The translations under genes and the position numbers were made by a program. Below, piece by piece: positions 59,690 through 64,000 of a stretch of 64,000 nt of DNA. The stretch comes from Blastocladiella emersonii ATCC 22665 (taxonomy: Eukaryota; Fungi; Blastocladiomycota). The DNA lies in contig JANHCV010000003.1 of the NCBI GenBank assembly GCA_025594325.1, forward strand, positions 1,984,001 to 2,048,000. The letters are read 5' to 3'. Under the pieces are notes generated by a model that made no database searches, was not told where the DNA came from, and saw only the letters and a program-made list of their open reading frames with translations. Numbering within the stretch: the stretch's first letter is position 1; each line of letters starts with the position of its first letter.

Positions 59690-61015
59690 ATGGAGTCGGA
59701 TGAAACGAACGACCTTGAGACACTGAGTCTCCAAACCCTCCCGAACGATGTCCTGTCGGTGCTCTCGTCGTACTGGCCACTCGATGCATCGCTTTCCGTA
59801 ATCGCCGCGTTCCCGGAGCTCGAGACCACACTGACCACGGCTTTCGCGTCGCGTCTCGCGCTGCGCGCGCGGAGTCGATCGGGCACGCTTGCGCTCCTCC
59901 CCTGTCCGCCGCCTCCTGATCCGGGATCCGATGACCACGTCCCCCTCGTGTCGTCCGCGGAGGACTTGGCCTCCATGTGTCACGTCTCGCCGTGGGCACT
60001 CGGTGTGCCGACCTCGCTGTCGTCGTGGTCTAACCCGTTCGATCCGCTTGGCGCTGCGCAGCGGGCCACTTTGCACCGAATCCTATGGGCCGCCCCGCTC
60101 CAAGCGCACGCCGCGGCGCTCCGCGTCCTCGATGTGAGCGGCGGCGTCCTGCCCGGCCCGTTGATCGCGCACCTCATCGCGCAGTGTCCGACTCTCGCTT
60201 CCGTCTCGCTCCGACTACCGGACCCCGTGGGCTTCTTCCGCTGGTGCGACGACTGGCCGATGCGCGCCGTGCTGCCGACCCACGACGTCGATATCTTCCG
60301 GTTCCGCGTCCAGTGGCGCCGCACGGCTTGGGCGACGTGGGTCGACGATGTGCTTGCAGCGGCTGGCAGCGAGGACGATGCTGCGAGCCTGCTCAGGGAC
60401 GCGCTGACGTGCTGCCGGCGGCGTCGGCGGGGCGGGTCCAGCTTTGGCGGTCAAGACGGCGGCGAGTCTGCGTCGGTTCCGTGGATGGCCAGCGGCGCTG
60501 ACACGCGCGGTCGGTCGTCGACGGCGCCCGCGGACCTCGCCCCGCTCAGGCTTCGTCGCGCCACGGTGTCGGCATCCTCGGCGCACCTGCCCGAGGCCGT
60601 TTCCGACTCGCTCATGCTCCACGCGCCTCGCCTCGGCGAGCTCAAGCGGTCGCGGTCCATGGACCTGCCAAGTGACCCGGACCTGCGCGACACGCTGCTC
60701 GCGACGCTGCGCCGGACCCCCTCCCCACTCGTCCCGCTGCACCTGTTCGACCTTCTCGTCGTGAGCCCGCTGCGCATGCGCACCATCTCGACGACGGCCG
60801 CGCGGGTCCTTGCGCTGCGCGACGCGGGCTGCCGGCGGTGCGGCGTCCCGCTGTCCGTGTTCGAGGAGCGCGGGACGTGTGCGGCGTGTGGATCGGTCCT
60901 CGACGTGTGCGTTGGAAGGCGGCAGTGCGCGGCGTGGGGCCGGCCGTGGAAGGATCTGATTCTCGGGATCCCGACATGTCTCGCGTGCCAGGTGACGGGC
61001 GAGCCGGCCGCGTAG
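59690..61015 (+). CDS. F-box-like protein with an LRR-like segment and a C-terminal Cys-rich zinc-binding region
   Basis: LQTLPNDVLSVL; LRVLDVSG...IAQCPTLASVSL; CRRC...CAAC...C...C...CLAC. Confidence 0.6.
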   Translation: MESDETNDLETLSLQTLPNDVLSVLSSYWPLDASLSVIAAFPELETTLTTAFASRLALRARSRSGTLALLPCPPPPDPGSDDHVPLVSSAEDLASMCHVSPWALGVPTSLSSWSNPFDPLGAAQRATLHRILWAAPLQAHAAALRVLDVSGGVLPGPLIAHLIAQCPTLASVSLRLPDPVGFFRWCDDWPMRAVLPTHDVDIFRFRVQWRRTAWATWVDDVLAAAGSEDDAASLLRDALTCCRRRRRGGSSFGGQDGGESASVPWMASGADTRGRSSTAPADLAPLRLRRATVSASSAHLPEAVSDSLMLHAPRLGELKRSRSMDLPSDPDLRDTLLATLRRTPSPLVPLHLFDLLVVSPLRMRTISTTAARVLALRDAGCRRCGVPLSVFEERGTCAACGSVLDVCVGRRQCAAWGRPWKDLILGIPTCLACQVTGEPAA

Positions 61016-61082
61016 CTCGAGTAATCGCGGCCTGTACGTTGCTGTTATTCGTGTTGTTCGAATTAATGACAAGGTATATTGG

Positions 61083-62097
61083 TTACAAAAACGCATACGT
61101 CTCATCCGAGTCTGGCGCAACACCAGACGCGGCATCAGAGCGGGTGACCACGGCCCTCGAGCTCGGCGCCGGCCCGCCGCTCGCCACGAAGGCCGCGCGG
61201 TCCGCGTCGATGGGCAAGTACGTCTGCCGGCTTCGCAAGATACGAACAGGAGAAAACACGTCTTGATGGTCCGCGGCCGACGGTCCTCTTCCAGGCAACA
61301 GGTTCCGAGTCGGGAGGGGTCGAATCGTAGCATCAAGCGGTCCGTCTTGCGGCTGTTGGTTCACGAGCCACGTTCGACTGACCACGTCGTACGTCCGGTT
61401 CACTCGACCCCGCCACGGCCCTGTCACATCGTCGTCGTCGCCGGCCGTCGCCATCCCGCGTGACACGTTGCGACGCTCGAGGACGGTTGGAGCAGGATAC
61501 ACGTTCGTCGACGTCGCGAATGCAGCGTAGTCTCGCGCATGCGGGGTCACCGCGTAGCGGGCCAGTTCGCGCGGCAGGTCACGGTCCCGGTGTGACTCGG
61601 GTGTGCTGTTCGGCGAGACGTGGCGAATGTACAGCGGCTCGGATTCGGCCGCGCGTCGTTCTTCGTCGATGTTGACGGGGCTTCGGGCTGAGATGAAGTT
61701 GAACTCTACATCGTCAAGTTGCCGTCAGCTGTCGGTACTGGCGAATGCTATCGCCAAGGCGGGACGTACCGACTGGCGAGGTGCTCTGCGCCGCGCTCGA
61801 GACGGTGTCGGGGTTCAGACGGAGCAGGAGCGCCGTCGACAGCGCCCGTCGGCGGCGCGGTTCAGGCGCCATAAAGAGCGAAGCGACCGCTGAAGTTGAC
61901 GGCGGACGACTATCATCATCGTTCGCGGCGGCAGAGCCTGAGGTTTGGATGCTTCGCTCCCTGCTCGGACTGCTGAGCTCTCGTGCGCCTGGTTCGAGGT
62001 AGTCGAGGTACTCTTCGTAGTCAAGCATCAGCGAGTCGTCGGCGGTCGCTGCGGTCCGACGCGGAGATGGGGATGCATTCAAGACTGGGTTTCCCAT
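61083..62097 (-). CDS. Hypothetical protein
   Basis: An intron (gtacgt...ctgac...gtag) joins ORF 61714..62097 in frame to ORF 61083..61550. Confidence 0.55.
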
Positions 62098-62266
62098 AGT
62101 TGTTGCAGAGACAGTTGCATAAATTGAGTGAGGGGAGAGTGAAAGCGTCGGGGACGGGCGACTGACGAGTGCATCGAGGGCCGGTCGCGGCTTGCGTGAT
62201 GGGAGGAATGATGTGACGCACGCGGCGTATCGAGATACCGTTTACAACCGCCGAGCAGACGTAAAA

Positions 62267-62635
62267 CTAACGGAAATACACTGTAAAATCTTCGACCGGC
62301 CCGCGTTGCAGCCGGTCTGGTCGATGCGCCGTCGCCGGCGGAAGTACGCCAGCGGGCGGCGGCGAGGGGGGCCTATCCTGTTGCCGCTGTCGCCGCCTCC
62401 GTCTCCTCCTTTGCGTTGTCGCTCCGGACGTCGACGAACTTGGAGTTTCAGACCCGAGGGTCATACTATCGACCGGATCAACGGCGCTCCTTGGTAGGTC
62501 AAGATCATGCAGGGACGGGGCGTCTGTCCATAGAGTCCAGCGAGCCCATGCTGGCGAAGGCGGCGGAGAAGGCCAGGACGGTCTGCGGATTATGAATACA
62601 TGGGGCGAGTCTGCTGGGATTACCGGGTTCCCCAT
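62267..62635 (-). CDS. Hypothetical small protein
   Basis: ORF starting MGNPVIP; shares its first five residues with the neighbouring gene. Confidence 0.3.
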   Translation of the reverse strand: MGNPVIPADSPHVFIIRRPSWPSPPPSPAWARWTLWTDAPSLHDLDLPRSAVDPVDSMTLGSETPSSSTSGATTQRRRRRRRQRQQDRPPSPPPAGVLPPATAHRPDRLQRGPVEDFTVYFR

Positions 62636-62814
62636 CGTCGGTTGTTATCGCAAGAGGTGGAGGACCGAGCGGCTCCGCGATCCGCGCGTTGTTCATATAG
62701 CACGCAGCGGGTTTACTGTCGCGGATGTGCGGTGATGCGATGCGGCGCACACGTGTCGCCCCAGTAAGCTCACCAGGACACGGTCGTGATTGGAATAGAT
62801 GGCTAGGTTATAGT

Positions 62815-64000
62815 TCACAATGTGTTCATACTCGCGCTCGAAGCACCCCGCGGCGCGGGCACGGCTTCCGACGCGTCGGTCGTCGCTGGCTGCCGTGGGA
62901 CCGCGTCCGCGCGAGCCGGCTGCCCGCCGACAGCGACGTACGCGGTGCTGGCGGGCTGCGGCGGGAGCACGGTCCCGTTGTCGAGCGTACGGGCCTGGGA
63001 CCGCGGGTGGCGCGAGGACGTGGGTGCGGGATCGGTTGAGGTACCGCGCGACGCGGTCGTCGCCGATGGCGTGGGTGCAGGGCGGTCGGTGAGCGGCGTG
63101 ATCCCGATGCGCGCGTACTCGATGGGCGACGGGGGACACTGCTGCGTGTTGGGCGTCGGGGTCGACGCGCCGGACGCGGCGGGGGTCGGGAGTGAGAGCG
63201 AGAGCTGCTCGGGCGACGTGACGAGCGGGGTAGCGAGGGCGCGCGGCGGTGGGACCTGGCGGTCGAGGGTGCGGTAGGGTGGCGGCGGCGCGTTCGTGAA
63301 GAGGCGCGGGTGGTAGACGACGCGGACGTCGTCGTCGTCATCGTCGTCTTCATCCTCGTCGTCGGCGTCGAGGATGTCGGTGTAGGTGATGAACTGGAAC
63401 GGGTGGTGCGGTGGGTTGAGGATCAGCGGGAGAGGCAGACGCGGCGGGTCGAGGGTCCCGGTCGAGCCCGTGGCGCTCGCCGTGTCGCTGTTGGTATCGT
63501 CGTCGTCGGCGGCGGCAACGGCGAGCGGCGGGCGCGAGGCCATGAGGAAGGTAAAGGCGGGCGGTGGGGCTAGAGGATCAGGCGGTAGGTTGGATGAGGG
63601 ACGCGATCAGGAGCTGCCGTCGCGGGAGGGTTGAGACAGGGCAGAAAACGTACTCGGCGAGGACGAGTCGCTGCTTGACGAATCGCGCGCGTTGTTGCCG
63701 GGCGGGCGCGGCGGGGGCAGCGGCATGGAGCTCGGCTGCCCGCTGCCGCCGGTGCCGGGCATGCCAAAGTAGAAGGGCCGAGACATGCTGGGCGGCGCGA
63801 GGAGGTGGTCGCCCGTACTCCCGAACGCCCCCGCGCCGACGACGCCCTGGTTGGTGCGCGTGCCCGCTGCGGCCTGGACCACGCGCTGCAGGGCGGCGTG
63901 GCGCTCCATGTTCTCGCGGGCGCGGTCTGCGCCACCCGCGGCGCTGGCGGCAGACTCGGCGCGGTCGAGGTTCTCGCGCAGGGCGGCGTAGCGCAGGCGG
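62815..64000 (-). CDS. Hypothetical low-complexity protein with PPPY motif (5' end outside the window)
   Basis: An intron near 63652-63572 joins ORF 63607-frame to ORF 62815..63543; acidic run and APPPPY. Confidence 0.6.

Noticed and set aside
28480-61015. SKP1 and F-box-like genes as a functional cluster
   Set aside because: About 28 kb apart with many unrelated genes between; co-occurrence is likely chance.
1-64000. Bacterial origin or contamination for bacterial-like genes (ATP-grasp, ABA4-like, COG3044, OpuAC domain)
   Set aside because: All carry spliceosomal introns in the host style and sit among fungal housekeeping genes. No tRNA or rRNA genes were recognised.

Overview
GC-rich eukaryotic genomic DNA. 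Genes carry many short (about 50-80 nt) spliceosomal introns with GTRCGY donors, CTRAC branch points and YAG acceptors. Gene content (CFAP70 flagellar protein, Sec14, Skp1, Atg27, Snc1, Boi1-like, villin, and an ankyrin-repeat family with a WW-x(5)-LKY-x(3)-AxD pattern) points to a zoosporic, flagellated fungus, most likely Blastocladiomycota; this is an inference. About 35 genes or gene relics are supported, many of them ordinary housekeeping genes (PP4, HAS1, GUA1, RML2, SKP1, SEC14, a mitochondrial carrier, a TBC Rab-GAP). The most unusual items are: (1) a six-exon receptor fusing a bacterial glycine-betaine/ProX(OpuAC)-type solute-binding domain, a class C (GABA-B-like) 7TM domain and a cytosolic PH-like domain; (2) a tandem triplet of ABA4-like (DUF4281) membrane proteins sharing intron positions, with one copy lacking the family motif; (3) an intron-containing, bacterial NikS-like ATP-grasp ligase; (4) a 1.94-kb non-autonomous Mutator-like element with 95-bp TIRs and an exact 9-bp TSD about 470 bp upstream of the receptor, plus a second probable MULE relic at the window start; (5) unusual domain architectures: SH3-SAM-PH-CH, F-BAR-HR1-3xSH3, and ankyrin-C2H2-SIM. 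All family assignments come from motif recognition by eye; no database search was run. Exon boundaries were inferred manually.
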